Origin: a virus
Lineage: Duplodnaviria; Caudoviricetes
Length of the DNA stretch: 64,000 bases
Reading direction: 5' to 3' (one strand)
IMG/VR virus record: IMGVR_UViG_3300009031_000221
Location: 472,054-536,053 of that record
Shown here: piece by piece, positions 25,760-34,930 of the stretch
Layout of the letters: each line of letters begins with the position of its first letter
Position numbering within the stretch: position 1 is the stretch's first letter
The notes under the pieces: model-generated
The model's database searches: none
What the model was told of the DNA's origin: nothing
What the model saw: only the letters and a program-made list of their open reading frames with translations
Translations under genes and position numbers: made by a program

Positions 25760-26242
25760 CTACAAAGGGCGGACATCCGCATCGGGGAGACGCGCCTCAA
25801 GATATGGGATGATTTCAGACAAAGGAGTCCCCCCACTGTCATATACGTCAATGCACAGATCCAGGATCATCGGGGATACCGTGTATGGGCCATCCCGGTA
25901 ATCGGGCATCCCATCCGTCAATACCACAACCCGACCTTCCTGACGGGTGATCCACAGCAGTTCCGCCGCTTTGTCCAGTGCCTCGTAGAGCGGAGTTCCA
26001 CCCGCTCCGAACCGGGGGAACGTATCGACTGGAACCTCAGGGTTCCGAGTCCAAGGTACTACAACCTCGATTTTGTGGCCGAACAATACGATTGCGTACT
26101 CCGTGCAAGGGCACAATCTAGCAACGTATCCTTGGGCAACCTCGGAGAGGTGTTGTAAAATCGTGGTGTTGCCTTTGTGACAAGTGCCTGTAGAACCTGA
26201 AGCATCAATCAGAAATACCGTACGCATGTTCACTCCTGCCAA
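25760..26242 (-). CDS. small vWA-domain protein
   Basis: FLIDASGST, GGTPLYEAL, VVLTDG. Confidence 0.8.
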   Translation of the reverse strand: MAGVNMRTVFLIDASGSTGTCHKGNTTILQHLSEVAQGYVARLCPCTEYAIVLFGHKIEVVVPWTRNPEVPVDTFPRFGAGGTPLYEALDKAAELLWITRQEGRVVVLTDGMPDYRDGPYTVSPMILDLCIDVYDSGGTPLSEIIPYLEARLPDADVRPL

Positions 26243-26251
26243 TCGTATTTG

Positions 26252-26683
26252 TTATCCCGCCGAAGCATCGTCCCCGTCCATGTCTCCATCATCCACTGGA
26301 TTGTCATCATCCAAAGTGTGGAGGAGCGCATCGTCCGAAAGGTCACATGATGCCAGCAAAGCCCGCAAAGAGTCATTCACGACGGGGCAATAGGTCTCGG
26401 TAACATCGATGTCGATAGCATCCAATGCCGCATCCGCGGCCTTCATGGCGGCATCATGGTCTAGGGCGGATCCAACCGCGTAGATATACGTGGGTTCTAC
26501 ATCCAAAGAGGACACGCACCACACAACGTTGGGTGCCCTGCCGCGAACGACCATTAGGCAATCGTCCGTATCATCCAAAGCCCGTACGTGTGTACGCTTG
26601 CCAAAAAGCCCCTTGTCCAATTCTTGCCACGGGGACAAACGACCGGCATTCCTTACCGCAATGAATTCATGGATATTGCTCAT
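26252..26683 (-). CDS. hypothetical protein with acidic tail
   Basis: ATGA overlap with upstream gene. Confidence 0.55.
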   Translation of the reverse strand: MSNIHEFIAVRNAGRLSPWQELDKGLFGKRTHVRALDDTDDCLMVVRGRAPNVVWCVSSLDVEPTYIYAVGSALDHDAAMKAADAALDAIDIDVTETYCPVVNDSLRALLASCDLSDDALLHTLDDDNPVDDGDMDGDDASAG

Positions 26684-27147
26684 CTGGACCCGTTCCTTTT
26701 GGACTTCTTGGTGTTCTTGGACTTGGAAGATTCCTCGGCATACCGAGTGTTGTAATCCCGGATGGTTTGGGGATTCCGCAAATCAATGCCATAGTTGTTG
26801 CACATGATGCGGACATCCGGGTCTTCCAGGCAGTCTTCAAATGAATTGTATTCGCTGATCAACTGGGACAACGTATGGACATCCCACACAAGGTCGAATT
26901 CGTAGGGAAGTTGGGGATCTTCGGCATTGGGGAAGTCCCGAAGGTACGGAAGGTATTCCCACGTGTCCATTTCTTCCCGGGTCGCTTGGCCGTGCTTGTG
27001 TTCGGTTCGCCAAGACACCAACGGAACCGCATTACCACCGCCGCCATAGGTGTAAACAATGTCCCCTTGCTTGGGACGACGGTAGTACCCACCGATGACT
27101 ACGGTGTTCTTGTGCTTGTCCCCTTGAACTGTGCATTTGATGGACAT
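26680..27147 (-). CDS. hypothetical protein
   Basis: AAGGA RBS downstream of promoter 27185. Confidence 0.6.
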   Translation of the reverse strand: MSIKCTVQGDKHKNTVVIGGYYRRPKQGDIVYTYGGGGNAVPLVSWRTEHKHGQATREEMDTWEYLPYLRDFPNAEDPQLPYEFDLVWDVHTLSQLISEYNSFEDCLEDPDVRIMCNNYGIDLRNPQTIRDYNTRYAEESSKSKNTKKSKRNGSR

Positions 27148-27184
27148 GATCAGTTCCTTCGGGGGATCGTATGACCCGCATCCT

Positions 27185-27213
27185 ATCTACGCATGCGGGG
27201 ACGAAAGTAAGCC
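27185..27213 (-). promoter_or_regulatory. conserved phage promoter motif copy
   Basis: GGCTTACTTTC-N10-GCGTAGAT. Confidence 0.8.
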
Positions 27214-27954
27214 CTACCAGCAGATGTTAAATCCTGGGTGCTCTTTGCCGATTAGCAATTTGGTTGCCACGGCAAGGGTTGGATTGATCAAGGGGCCGGA
27301 ACCAAACGACACGGTTTGATTCCGTACGTACACCTTGCTCAGGGTGTCCTCCCATCCTTCAAACATGACACGCCCGCCGTTCCCGTTGATGTAGCGGCAA
27401 ACCAGAGCGGATGCCGCATTCAGATCGGCAGTGACAGACTTGGCACACCCGATGCCAGAACACCAAGCGTATCCAATGAATTCACGCACAGTGTGGGCAT
27501 CTTCGTAGACAAACAGGCAGTCGCAATCCACGTAGCCCATATACGTGTCATCCAAGTCCAACCGTACATCGGTAATGCAACTTGCCTGCCAACCCTGCTC
27601 CGTCAGAGCCTTTGCTCCGGGGGTATATGGAAAGTTCTTGGCATCCACGATGAGATTAGACAACAAACCCGGTTCCGATTCCAACCAGATTTCTGCCGTG
27701 ACACGGGTAAATTCCTGGCACTCCATGACTTCCATGTCAGATGAGGCCTCTACCTCGGCCACGGTCTTCGTGACTCGCATGCCTTCATCGTCAAACCAAG
27801 TCCAGCACCGTTCGCCCTGGGTGAATCGAAGGCGCAACCTGACCAAGGGATCAGGCAAATCGTAATGGGCAAGGTTCGCAGCGATAGATTCCTTCATCGC
27901 GAGGAGCCGGTCACATTCTCGTTCCAACTCTGTTGCCAAGTCAGGTGCTGTCAT
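27214..27954 (-). CDS. hypothetical protein
   Basis: GAGGGG RBS; 246 aa. Confidence 0.6.
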   Translation of the reverse strand: MTAPDLATELERECDRLLAMKESIAANLAHYDLPDPLVRLRLRFTQGERCWTWFDDEGMRVTKTVAEVEASSDMEVMECQEFTRVTAEIWLESEPGLLSNLIVDAKNFPYTPGAKALTEQGWQASCITDVRLDLDDTYMGYVDCDCLFVYEDAHTVREFIGYAWCSGIGCAKSVTADLNAASALVCRYINGNGGRVMFEGWEDTLSKVYVRNQTVSFGSGPLINPTLAVATKLLIGKEHPGFNICW

Positions 27955-28070
27955 TTGTCCCCCTCAGTGTGATTTGCCCTGTAGACGCAGCATTCGATCG
28001 ATGTATGACAAGCCGTCTACGCAAACGGGGAGCGGAGTACTCCACATACTCCGCTCCCCGTTGTTTGGTG

Positions 28071-28877
28071 CTACGCCGCCTTGGCGATGACGTTCATGAT
28101 GTCGTCAGTGACCAGGAAGCCCGCCTTCGAGGCAGCAACGGCAGCCGTGCCGCCGGCGTTGAGGATGAAGTCCGCACCCGGCTCGAGGGGGTACGAAACG
28201 TACTTGCCGACCGGCAGCTTGTACTTGAGCGCATCCTTCGCACGGGTCTTCGGGGCGCTGTTCGGCTCCGGGGCATCGCCGTTCGGCGCCGGGGTCAGGA
28301 CGGTCTTGTAGATCTGGAGGCCCTGCAGGTACACGGTGCCCGGCAGCGGCGCCTTCTCATCGCCCGTGCAGTTGCGGCACTTGCAATCGTAGGACGTGCC
28401 CTCCGAATCCGACTCGCCCTTCACGCACTTGTAGACCTTGCTGCCACGAACCGTCTCGCCGTTCACGACCAGCGGGGTGTAGACGTGCGCCGTGGTGCTT
28501 TCGTTCTCGCCCGCCAAGGACTTCTCGAAAGACGCCTTGAGTTCCGCACGGGCTTCCTCCACGTCCGCAACCGTGACCTTGTGACCCTTCTCGGCGAGGT
28601 CGGCAACGATCACATCCGCGGCGATGCCCGGCAGGGCGTCCAAGGAACGCTGCACAAGGCGGTCGTACCGGAAGCCGGTGACAACAACCACATGCACCTG
28701 TTCATCACCGTAGAGCTTGCGGTCGGCACCCTTGCCGACCATCTTGCCCTTCTTCTTCGTGATGAGGCCGGTGAACGTGCCAACGCGAGCATCCGCCAAG
28801 AGAGCGGCCAAGAGGGGGCTATTCGAGTTCGTATTCATGGTTTCCATCCTTCGTCTGAGGTTGTCAGGGTTGGTCAT
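28071..28877 (-). CDS. hypothetical protein, paralog of 33382..34146
   Basis: YGDEQVHVVVVTGFRY, PKTRAKDALKYKLPVGKYVSY; very high GC3; start may be 28847. Confidence 0.75.
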   Translation of the reverse strand: MTNPDNLRRRMETMNTNSNSPLLAALLADARVGTFTGLITKKKGKMVGKGADRKLYGDEQVHVVVVTGFRYDRLVQRSLDALPGIAADVIVADLAEKGHKVTVADVEEARAELKASFEKSLAGENESTTAHVYTPLVVNGETVRGSKVYKCVKGESDSEGTSYDCKCRNCTGDEKAPLPGTVYLQGLQIYKTVLTPAPNGDAPEPNSAPKTRAKDALKYKLPVGKYVSYPLEPGADFILNAGGTAAVAASKAGFLVTDDIMNVIAKAA

Positions 28878-28895
28878 TCGCCGCCCCTATGTGGT

Positions 28896-28924
28896 ATCTA
28901 CGCTCAACTTCGGAAAAGTAAGTC
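28896..28924 (-). promoter_or_regulatory. conserved phage promoter motif copy
   Basis: GACTTACTTTT-N10-GCGTAGAT. Confidence 0.8.
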
Positions 28925-28958
28925 ACACCAGGTGTGATAAACGCTAGGGCAAAACGCA

Positions 28959-29011
28959 CCGTGCCCCCGTCAACTGGCCCCCGAGGGGCGCTGCTGTTGA
29001 CGGGGGCACGG
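28959..29011 (-). terminator. long hairpin, probable terminator
   Basis: 16-bp perfect IR CCGTGCCCCCGTCAAC/GTTGACGGGGGCACGG followed by TGCGTTTT on minus strand. Confidence 0.7.
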
Positions 29012-29154
29012 CTAGACACTTCACAACAAAATCAAAATAAATAATAATGTGTGGGTTAGGCCATGATACACCTTCCTTTTCATTATTCGTCGGCTATGCC
29101 GGATGGGGTTGTCGTTCCTTGTCCATGGGGCCTTCGCGTTCCCCGCTACATCCT

Positions 29155-29183
29155 ATCTACGCTCGAAGCGGGAAAAGTAAGTC
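29155..29183 (-). promoter_or_regulatory. conserved phage promoter motif copy
   Basis: GACTTACTTTT-N10-GCGTAGAT. Confidence 0.8.
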
Positions 29184-29185
29184 AC

Positions 29186-29758
29186 TCAACCCCAATAATC
29201 GCTCCAAGACGAGTTTTTATCGTAGCAACAGTACGGATCCCAACGACCCCCTGACTTCTTGACCCTTTCGGCATGCTGCGGATGCTTGGAGATTTCATCC
29301 TCCCGGTCAATGTCCCGCATGAAGGCCCGAATGACCTCATAGGTACGGTCATCCTTGTCGATGTTGCATAGACCCTGAATCACCGTCACCTGTGCCATGA
29401 GGTTCCGCTGGTCATCCCCCACGGCATCATCCATGCAGATGCCCGGCTGTTCACGACCATTGAACACCCATTTGTTGTCACTCAACTCATGGAGTGCCAG
29501 GAGGAACCCGGTACACGTCAGGGGATCCTGAGCCAGTACCATCTTGACGAATTCGTCGTGGGCATTCTCCGGCACATCCTTTTGCCCCCACATCGGAGGC
29601 AGTGCCGCCATACGCTTGATCTCGTTGTAGATGCGGGTCATCCTGGAGTGTGTCAGGGACGAAATGCCCTCGCCGGAGTAGTATTCCGGTCGGGTGCTCA
29701 TTCCGCATCCACCCCTCAAATCAGACCGGTAAATGAAATCGATAAGTTCCTGATTCAC
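29186..29758 (-). CDS. hypothetical protein
   Basis: AGGAGG RBS. Confidence 0.65.
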   Translation of the reverse strand: MNQELIDFIYRSDLRGGCGMSTRPEYYSGEGISSLTHSRMTRIYNEIKRMAALPPMWGQKDVPENAHDEFVKMVLAQDPLTCTGFLLALHELSDNKWVFNGREQPGICMDDAVGDDQRNLMAQVTVIQGLCNIDKDDRTYEVIRAFMRDIDREDEISKHPQHAERVKKSGGRWDPYCCYDKNSSWSDYWG

Positions 29759-29767
29759 GATGGCCTC

Positions 29768-30004
29768 CTACCAGTCAATCCAGATGCGACCCAGGGTGAT
29801 TCCCCGAGTAGAAAACCCTAAGTTGCAACTGTATGCACCCCAGGCAACCTTGACCTCCCCGCCATGACACAGCGGATAGATATCGGATGAACGGGGATCC
29901 CGCTTGGCAAGGGAGATGAACAGGTTGCCCGTTCGATCCCGACCCCAGTACAGGAATCCATCTTTGGGCAATCGTTGCCATCCCATGGTCTTGGAATTAC
30001 TCAT
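29768..30004 (-). CDS. hypothetical protein
   Basis: GGAGG RBS; operon continuity. Confidence 0.5.
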   Translation of the reverse strand: MSNSKTMGWQRLPKDGFLYWGRDRTGNLFISLAKRDPRSSDIYPLCHGGEVKVAWGAYSCNLGFSTRGITLGRIWIDW

Positions 30005-30167
30005 TGGAACCCTCCTTTGGAGGCATGACGATAGAAAAATCAGGACATTGGCACACGATGTTCCGCTTGATGTCCGTATTGCTAGCCGCTTGCTTCAGCA
30101 CCCAACCACAGTTCGGGCATATGAAGGGCTTGCCTGATACCAGCCATTTTTTGCCTTCCCTGTCCAT
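29997..30167 (-). CDS. small Zn-finger hypothetical protein
   Basis: CPNC...CQC; start placed at MDREG. Confidence 0.5.
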   Translation of the reverse strand: MDREGKKWLVSGKPFICPNCGWVLKQAASNTDIKRNIVCQCPDFSIVMPPKEGSNE

Positions 30168-30169
30168 GG

Positions 30170-30451
30170 TTACTGCCTCGGGGGACCATCCGGCACCGGC
30201 GGCAAATCCTGCCACCTTTGGGGCATCATTGGCTTGGGCGTGGCGGGCTGTGCCTTTGTCACGCACAGGCATTGGTGTGCCATGAGTTCCGCCGACTGCC
30301 CATCAGGGCACGTCATCTTGGAACATTCCTTGTGGTTGTCGCACACGCATACGGCAACCACAATGACAATCAGGAGTCCGATCAACGTCCCCCAAAAGCC
30401 GCCGCCAAGGCCGGCAAAGATTGCAAAGTCGAGATCACTATCGTCCAACAT
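30170..30451 (-). CDS. small Cys-rich membrane protein
   Basis: TM helix followed by CSKMTC...CLC. Confidence 0.55.
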   Translation of the reverse strand: MLDDSDLDFAIFAGLGGGFWGTLIGLLIVIVVAVCVCDNHKECSKMTCPDGQSAELMAHQCLCVTKAQPATPKPMMPQRWQDLPPVPDGPPRQ

Positions 30452-30461
30452 GATTCACCTT

Positions 30462-30677
30462 CTAGCCCACGTTGATGTGGAAGCAGTTGCAACGGCACGA
30501 GAACATGATGATGTTCGCGGGCTTCGGGGTCTTGCCTTCCCGACGTGCCCGGGAGTTCGCCACGGCAGTTTCCCACCGGATCTCCCCCAGGTGCCCCTGC
30601 GGGATGAACCGATTGTACGGGTCACGGTTTCGAATGGGGCGCCCCCGGTAATCTTTGGGGCCTTGTGCTTTCTTCAT
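30462..30677 (-). CDS. small basic hypothetical protein
   Basis: GAGG RBS before MKKAQ, downstream of promoter 30714. Confidence 0.5.
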   Translation of the reverse strand: MKKAQGPKDYRGRPIRNRDPYNRFIPQGHLGEIRWETAVANSRARREGKTPKPANIIMFSCRCNCFHINVG

Positions 30678-30713
30678 GGGGAACCTCAATGCGAAATCTA
30701 TCCGCATTACCCT

Positions 30714-30742
30714 ATCTACGCCGCACCTTCGGAAAGTAAGTG
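30714..30742 (-). promoter_or_regulatory. conserved phage promoter motif copy (divergent pair, left)
   Basis: CACTTACTTTC-N10-GCGTAGAT. Confidence 0.8.
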
Positions 30743-30760
30743 CTCGATCCTACCATCCAG

Positions 30761-30789
30761 GACTTACTTATTGCTAATCCGGCGTAGAT
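30761..30789 (+). promoter_or_regulatory. conserved phage promoter motif copy (divergent pair, right)
   Basis: GACTTACTTAT-N10-GCGTAGAT. Confidence 0.8.
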
Positions 30790-30829
30790 AGAAGGTAGGC
30801 ACAGACGATGCCACAAGGAACGAAAACGA

Positions 30830-31084
30830 ATGCCGCCCCGTAAACCCAAGTCCAAAGGCCGTGAAGGCTATATCATCACCCTGCGTAAGGGAGACCTGTG
30901 CCAAGCCCTGCCCACTAGCGCAGATGTCATCAATCTCCTGACGGATGAACAAGCACGATCCCTTCCCACCCTTTGTGGGGTATGGGTAACCGAGAAGGAA
31001 GCGGAGAAGGCCCTTATCGGGTTGCCGCCGGAACTCCTCGCCCTCGTCGAGATACTCCCCGTCTGGGTCACCGTCCGGAGATAG
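30830..31084 (+). CDS. hypothetical protein
   Basis: AAGGA RBS downstream of promoter 30761. Confidence 0.55.
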   Translation: MPPRKPKSKGREGYIITLRKGDLCQALPTSADVINLLTDEQARSLPTLCGVWVTEKEAEKALIGLPPELLALVEILPVWVTVRR

Positions 31085-31086
31085 CT

Positions 31087-31749
31087 ATGCATCTTGCCAG
31101 TGTGATTTTGTACATTTACGTCAAGGTTGCACTCGCTGCCTTCGCAGTGTTCATCCTGTCAGAGATTGGAACTTCCCTGATTCGCCCGGAATATCCCGCA
31201 TGGCTCAAGTCACATCATGAGGGATCCAACAAAACCCCCAATGCAGGTAAGTTCATCCTGATGTGGCTGCTCCTATGTATCCCCATCACGATTGACATGT
31301 TCATTGCATTCTCGAAAGGCCAAACGTTCCTCGAACGGTTGACCCTTCGCGGCATCAAAAACGAGGAAGAAAAGAAGGCACAAGAAGCCAAAGTAGCGGA
31401 TGCCCGAAAACTCCTCCTCGCCGTAGTGAAGGACGGCACGTTCACTTGGCACCCAATAGAACAAGACGGCATGCGTGCCCTTGTCCTAGTTCGTCACGTC
31501 CCGGGTTATAACTTGTTGACCCATGTGATTGTCATACATGACCTTCGCACTGGAAAAGTCGATTGCATGCGGGCAATGCCAAACATCCATGATAGTCTTG
31601 TATGGTTCCAAACATTTGCCCTGCAAGAAGCTATGGACAAGTGCATTGAGGACTACGATTGGGCTATCATGTGTTTCCCCGGTATGAATGACTGCCAACG
31701 CAGGGCTTGGAAAGAAGCAAAAAAGGCAATGAATGCTGATATTTCTTGA
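31087..31749 (+). CDS. membrane protein
   Basis: two N-terminal TM helices; GGAG RBS. Confidence 0.6.
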   Translation: MHLASVILYIYVKVALAAFAVFILSEIGTSLIRPEYPAWLKSHHEGSNKTPNAGKFILMWLLLCIPITIDMFIAFSKGQTFLERLTLRGIKNEEEKKAQEAKVADARKLLLAVVKDGTFTWHPIEQDGMRALVLVRHVPGYNLLTHVIVIHDLRTGKVDCMRAMPNIHDSLVWFQTFALQEAMDKCIEDYDWAIMCFPGMNDCQRRAWKEAKKAMNADIS

Positions 31750-32338
31750 TATTGATGGGGTGTTGGTTCTGAATGGACGAAAGTTCGAGCGGAAGCTCGT
31801 CAACCACTTGAACAACCTCATTGCAACCTACTTCTGGAAATCCGGGAAAAACGTTGAAATCGTATTCAACTCTGCATGGAACGTCAACCCCATTGATGAC
31901 ATGAAGAAGTGGCTTGCGGAAGCTGGGTTCCTCTATACGAATTGCATCATCGGAAAGACACCCGGTACAAGCGGCGGCGGCGAATTGATCCGTCGTTGGC
32001 TCACCACCAACAACCGCGTTGGGGAACCCTTTATCCTCCTCGATGACTCGAGCCATGATATTCAGGCCATGTGGTGCCGGATTGCACAGTCCGTAACATC
32101 CAAAGGATTCAATCGCACCGTTGCCCGTAAAGCGGAAACCATCATGTTGCGGAAAATCACTGAGGATGGGGAACGCAAGGCGGCGTGCGAAAACCTATTG
32201 GCACAAGCGCTCCGTGTACAAAAGGCATCATGGTTGACGGCGGATCAGAAGGCAGACCTTGCGGCAGTTGATTGCGCCTTGCTTCAGGAACTGCTATTGA
32301 AGCCCCACTTCCTCGAGCATGCATTCCTGAAACCCTGA
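31733..32338 (+). CDS. HAD-superfamily hydrolase (RNA-repair-associated type)
   Basis: IFLDIDGVL motif I, FNSAW, ILLDD motif IV. Confidence 0.8.
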   Translation: MLIFLDIDGVLVLNGRKFERKLVNHLNNLIATYFWKSGKNVEIVFNSAWNVNPIDDMKKWLAEAGFLYTNCIIGKTPGTSGGGELIRRWLTTNNRVGEPFILLDDSSHDIQAMWCRIAQSVTSKGFNRTVARKAETIMLRKITEDGERKAACENLLAQALRVQKASWLTADQKADLAAVDCALLQELLLKPHFLEHAFLKP

Positions 32339-32381
32339 TTTCGTTAGGCATCCTATACCAACCGGTATATGAGGTGCTTCA

Positions 32382-33035
32382 ATGTCCATACGAACAGAAT
32401 CTGCTGAACGTGTTGCTTCCACTTGGCGTGTAGCATCCGAATTTTGGAATCGGCTAAGCCGTTCCGTTCCAATGTATACGGACGATGCTCTCCGTACTTT
32501 AGGACTATCCTCAGGTGCTAGCCCCGAAGAAATCAAATCCGCCTATCGCAAGATGATGATGCTTCATCATCCTGATCGCGGAGGAGACACAGCCAAGGCA
32601 CAGCAAATTAATGAGGCATACGCACAACTGAAAGAAGGCATCACCATCAATCGCCCCTATGGCTATTCCCGCCCTACTCCTACGCCCCCACCTCGTCCAG
32701 CCCCGCCTCGCCCTACCCCTACGCCACCCCCAAGGCCAACTCCATCAGCAAACCCTCACATAAGGGTAACGTGGAGGATGGCTGAGAATCTAACGGGAAT
32801 GCACGGGGAAAGCCGTCCGGACGCCAAAGACATCAAGCGGATTGATGATATGATCGTGCGAGCCAAGGGCAACCCCGCCAAACTAGCGGCACTGGCTCAA
32901 CAAATGGCCAGTTCTATTGACAGTATTGCAAAGGCTCTTCGCCGAGGTCGTGCAGCAGAAGAACATGCAGATAGCTCTGTGAATTATGCTTCACAGGTAT
33001 TCTACACTCGTGCTCGGACCCTTGCCGGAGTGTAG
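32382..33035 (+). CDS. J-domain (DnaJ-like) protein
   Basis: LRTLGL...EIKSAYRKMMMLHHPDRGGD...INEAYAQL; Pro-rich linker; N-terminal ERVASTW. Confidence 0.85.
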   Translation: MSIRTESAERVASTWRVASEFWNRLSRSVPMYTDDALRTLGLSSGASPEEIKSAYRKMMMLHHPDRGGDTAKAQQINEAYAQLKEGITINRPYGYSRPTPTPPPRPAPPRPTPTPPPRPTPSANPHIRVTWRMAENLTGMHGESRPDAKDIKRIDDMIVRAKGNPAKLAALAQQMASSIDSIAKALRRGRAAEEHADSSVNYASQVFYTRARTLAGV

Positions 33036-33036
33036 G

Positions 33037-33207
33037 CTACTTGGAACTGATTCGGTCGATACCCATGACAGCCATCGCAATGGCAAGGCCTGATAGACCC
33101 ACACAAGTCACCCAGTACTGAGGACTTTGGTGCCAAGCAAAGTCTGCCCCAACAAGGTAGAGGATGCTCATCGCAATCATGATCCATCCGTAGCTAAAGC
33201 GTCCCAT
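33037..33207 (-). CDS. small two-TM membrane protein
   Basis: hydrophobic ORF from MGRFSY. Confidence 0.45.
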   Translation of the reverse strand: MGRFSYGWIMIAMSILYLVGADFAWHQSPQYWVTCVGLSGLAIAMAVMGIDRISSK

Positions 33208-33385
33208 TCGCAAAGTCCTTTTCAAGCTCGGCGAGGTCTTCACACTTGGCATCGTAGCACCCTTGGCAAAGCCCCGCCCATACCGGAGATTCCTTCTGAC
33301 ATTCGTGGCATGTATCAGACGGTGGCAGAGGGCTAATACTCGTATCCCCGTCAAAGAAATCTTTCAAATCCATCCGTTGCCTCAC
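33194..33385 (-). CDS. small Zn-finger protein
   Basis: CHEC...CQGC; ATGA overlap. Confidence 0.5.
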   Translation of the reverse strand: MRQRMDLKDFFDGDTSISPLPPSDTCHECQKESPVWAGLCQGCYDAKCEDLAELEKDFANGTL

Positions 33386-34146
33386 ACTGCGATCTTGAAC
33401 AATGAACGAATGGCATCAGGATCTACCGGAATACCGGCCTTCTTGGAATGCGCTGCTGCTTCCGGGCCAATCTTGATTTCCGTCAACCGATCAGGCGTCA
33501 ACGAATACCGGACATACAACCCAACCGGCAACATCGCCTTCAGGATATCCTTGGCAACGGTCTTGGGCTTATGCTGTGCATGCCAATGTCCATTCACGGA
33601 AGGTTCCAGAACCTTCTCCCCCAGCTTGACGCCATCAATGTAGATCGTTCCCTTGACAAGGTTGTTCGTGCAGTCTCCCGCACCAACGTAGACCTGTGCC
33701 CCTAGGATGATCTGCCCGTCTACCTGAAGAGGTTCCCACGTCCGGGCATATCCCGTATCTATGGTCTTGATGCCCTGGTAAGCCGCCGCGTTCAGGACAT
33801 GTGTGAAATACTCATCTACTTCCTGAACCGCTTCCGCCACATCCTGAAGGGTCACGAGAGGATAACCCGCTTCCTGCGTAGCTTTCATCAAGCTTTTGAA
33901 CAGCGAACCCTGACTCCAAATCTCATGGAGCTTCCTATGACTCCGTTCAATCAACGCCGAATACTGAAATCCCGTCCAGAAAAGGACGTGTACCTTTTCA
34001 TCGCCATAAATAGCGTATTTCCCAAAGGTTCCGTGCCGCTCCCCTTTCTTGTGAAGGATCATCGACACCAGGGTTCCTTGGCCTAGATTGCCAATCCCTG
34101 TCAAGGAAGATGCGGTACGGGTATCATTTGCGTTGGTCGCGAGCAT
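33382..34146 (-). CDS. hypothetical protein, paralog of 28071..28877
   Basis: YGDEKVHVLFWTGFQY, PKTVAKDILKAMLPVGLYVRY. Confidence 0.75.
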   Translation of the reverse strand: MLATNANDTRTASSLTGIGNLGQGTLVSMILHKKGERHGTFGKYAIYGDEKVHVLFWTGFQYSALIERSHRKLHEIWSQGSLFKSLMKATQEAGYPLVTLQDVAEAVQEVDEYFTHVLNAAAYQGIKTIDTGYARTWEPLQVDGQIILGAQVYVGAGDCTNNLVKGTIYIDGVKLGEKVLEPSVNGHWHAQHKPKTVAKDILKAMLPVGLYVRYSLTPDRLTEIKIGPEAAAHSKKAGIPVDPDAIRSLFKIAV

Positions 34147-34194
34147 GGTATGCCTCCAGGGAGATATACCCCAGGGGAACCAAAAGCGATCTAG

Positions 34195-34920
34195 CTAGTC
34201 CCTCTCGGAAGCCGTTAGGGTAGCCTTGCCTTCCCCAATCTCCCAATCCTCAAAATCGTGTGGGGATCTAGGATGAGGAATGCCTATCTTCTCGTAACCC
34301 TCATCGGAGGTGACTCGAAGGGACTTAGGCAACCGTCCGTAGAACGAATTCCAGTCCGGGGATTTCAGGGCAATTACCGCCAGATCTTCTGCAAGTTGCC
34401 GTTTCTCGGCATCCCCATGCGGGGCCTTCCAGGATCCTTCCAATGTGACAGTCAACGTGGCCCATTCATCCACAGGGTAGGCTTCCATATTTGTGATCCT
34501 GACGGACTTAGGATCGATAACTTGATTCGATTCCATGTATCGATAGGCAACACGAGAAGCCAATTTACCAATAGGAGATTCACCTAATTCTTCTGCGGAT
34601 ATGCGATCCGCCTCGGGTTTCACTTTATTTGCCAACTTCACAGCTTCTTGAAGTGTGTCCACTGTCTGGGATGACCACCGATGTGCAGGGTTCCCTGTGT
34701 ACCACACCACTCGAAATAGCTCCTTCTTGGATCCTGTGTGCCGTTGATGAACGAAATTGACAGCGTAGAATGTAACAACCCGTTGTTCATAGGATTGGTC
34801 ATGGGGGTCTAACCGCCACCGCTCAGCCTTAAGCCGTCGCATTACTTCTGCAACAGTAATGGTCAAAACCCGATCATTTGCGATCAAGTATCGAGCAATA
34901 ATCCGTTGTGCCAATCCCAT
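34195..34920 (-). CDS. hypothetical protein with two RVAxR-type motifs
   Basis: LAQRIIARYL, LASRVAYRYM. Confidence 0.65.
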   Translation of the reverse strand: MGLAQRIIARYLIANDRVLTITVAEVMRRLKAERWRLDPHDQSYEQRVVTFYAVNFVHQRHTGSKKELFRVVWYTGNPAHRWSSQTVDTLQEAVKLANKVKPEADRISAEELGESPIGKLASRVAYRYMESNQVIDPKSVRITNMEAYPVDEWATLTVTLEGSWKAPHGDAEKRQLAEDLAVIALKSPDWNSFYGRLPKSLRVTSDEGYEKIGIPHPRSPHDFEDWEIGEGKATLTASERD

Positions 34921-34930
34921 GTTCTAACCC

